Assembly (NCBI GenBank): GCA_044344255.1
Contig: JBIJDH010000020.1
Location: 85,758-149,757 of the forward strand
Direction of reading: 5' to 3'
Source: Myxococcota bacterium
GTDB lineage: Bacteria; Myxococcota_A; UBA796; UBA2385
Length of the DNA stretch: 64,000 nucleotides
Part shown: positions 63,645-64,000 of the stretch, in pieces
Layout of the letters: every line of letters starts with the position of its first letter
How positions within the stretch are numbered: the stretch's first letter is position 1
Notes under the pieces: model-generated
Database searches by the model: none
The model's input: only the letters and a program-made list of their open reading frames with translations
Told to the model about the DNA's origin: nothing
Made by a program: the position numbers and the translations under genes

Positions 63645-64000
63645 GTCGGGTGGCGGTGGGTTCCCCTGCAGAGGTGTGCGCGGGGACTCGGGGAGACGGC
63701 GGGCGCGGCTCAGGTTGCCCTTCGCGTTGTCGCCTGTCTTGCCTCTCGTGGGGTCAGCGGGGTCTTCAAGGTCCTGGGTTCACTCAGCCTGCGTTGCGGC
63801 GCAGCCTGGGCTTCCCACTCGTTCCGGGTCGCTGGTCGTTGGTCTTTCCAGCCGTCCTCCTTGACCTTGCAGAGTTTTATGCTGCGGGTCTACGAGGTTC
63901 CTCCCTTCTCGAGCACCAGGGGTGTCGGGTCGTCCTTTCGTTCGACCTTCCTGGCCTTCGCTCCTCCTTCAGAGACATCGGTTCGTTCGGCTCACTCCTC
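63605..64000 (-). ncRNA. Candidate structured non-coding RNA (5' end beyond the window)
   Basis: No long ORF on the minus strand; purine-rich; GNRA-like loops; ends in an intrinsic terminator. Confidence 0.4.

Overview
Very GC-rich bacterial DNA that looks like an uncultured Myxococcota/deltaproteobacterial lineage (inferred from gene content: many lipoproteins with Gly/Asp linkers, DUF1501/PSD cluster, alpha-2-macroglobulin-like genes). About 45 coding regions are supported. The left arm holds an FAD oxidoreductase (truncated), a hipBA-type TA pair, GT9, a TPR protein with two ClpX-type zinc fingers, dprA and prmC. The right arm holds ssb, two aromatic ammonia-lyase paralogs, dnaK-dnaJ, GH31, beta-barrels and tldDE. 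Main oddities: (1) an alpha-2-macroglobulin split at the bait region, whose thioester-less C-terminal chain occurs twice as a ~2.1-kb direct repeat 24,820 bp apart with different N-termini, bracketing a ~22-kb envelope-modification cassette; (2) a 39-aa DltX-like peptide ending in TVYGVF, coupled to an SGNH gene; (3) a coupled HAL pair in which the second copy lacks the MIO serine and the catalytic tyrosines; (4) a Cys-rich PWGPP-tailed lipoprotein followed by a di-iron ferritin-like enzyme and an ATP-grasp ligase; (5) a non-coding, hairpin-rich, terminator-ended stretch at the right edge. No rRNA, tRNA, CRISPR array, integrase or transposase was recognised. Family calls come from motif recognition by eye, not from database searches.
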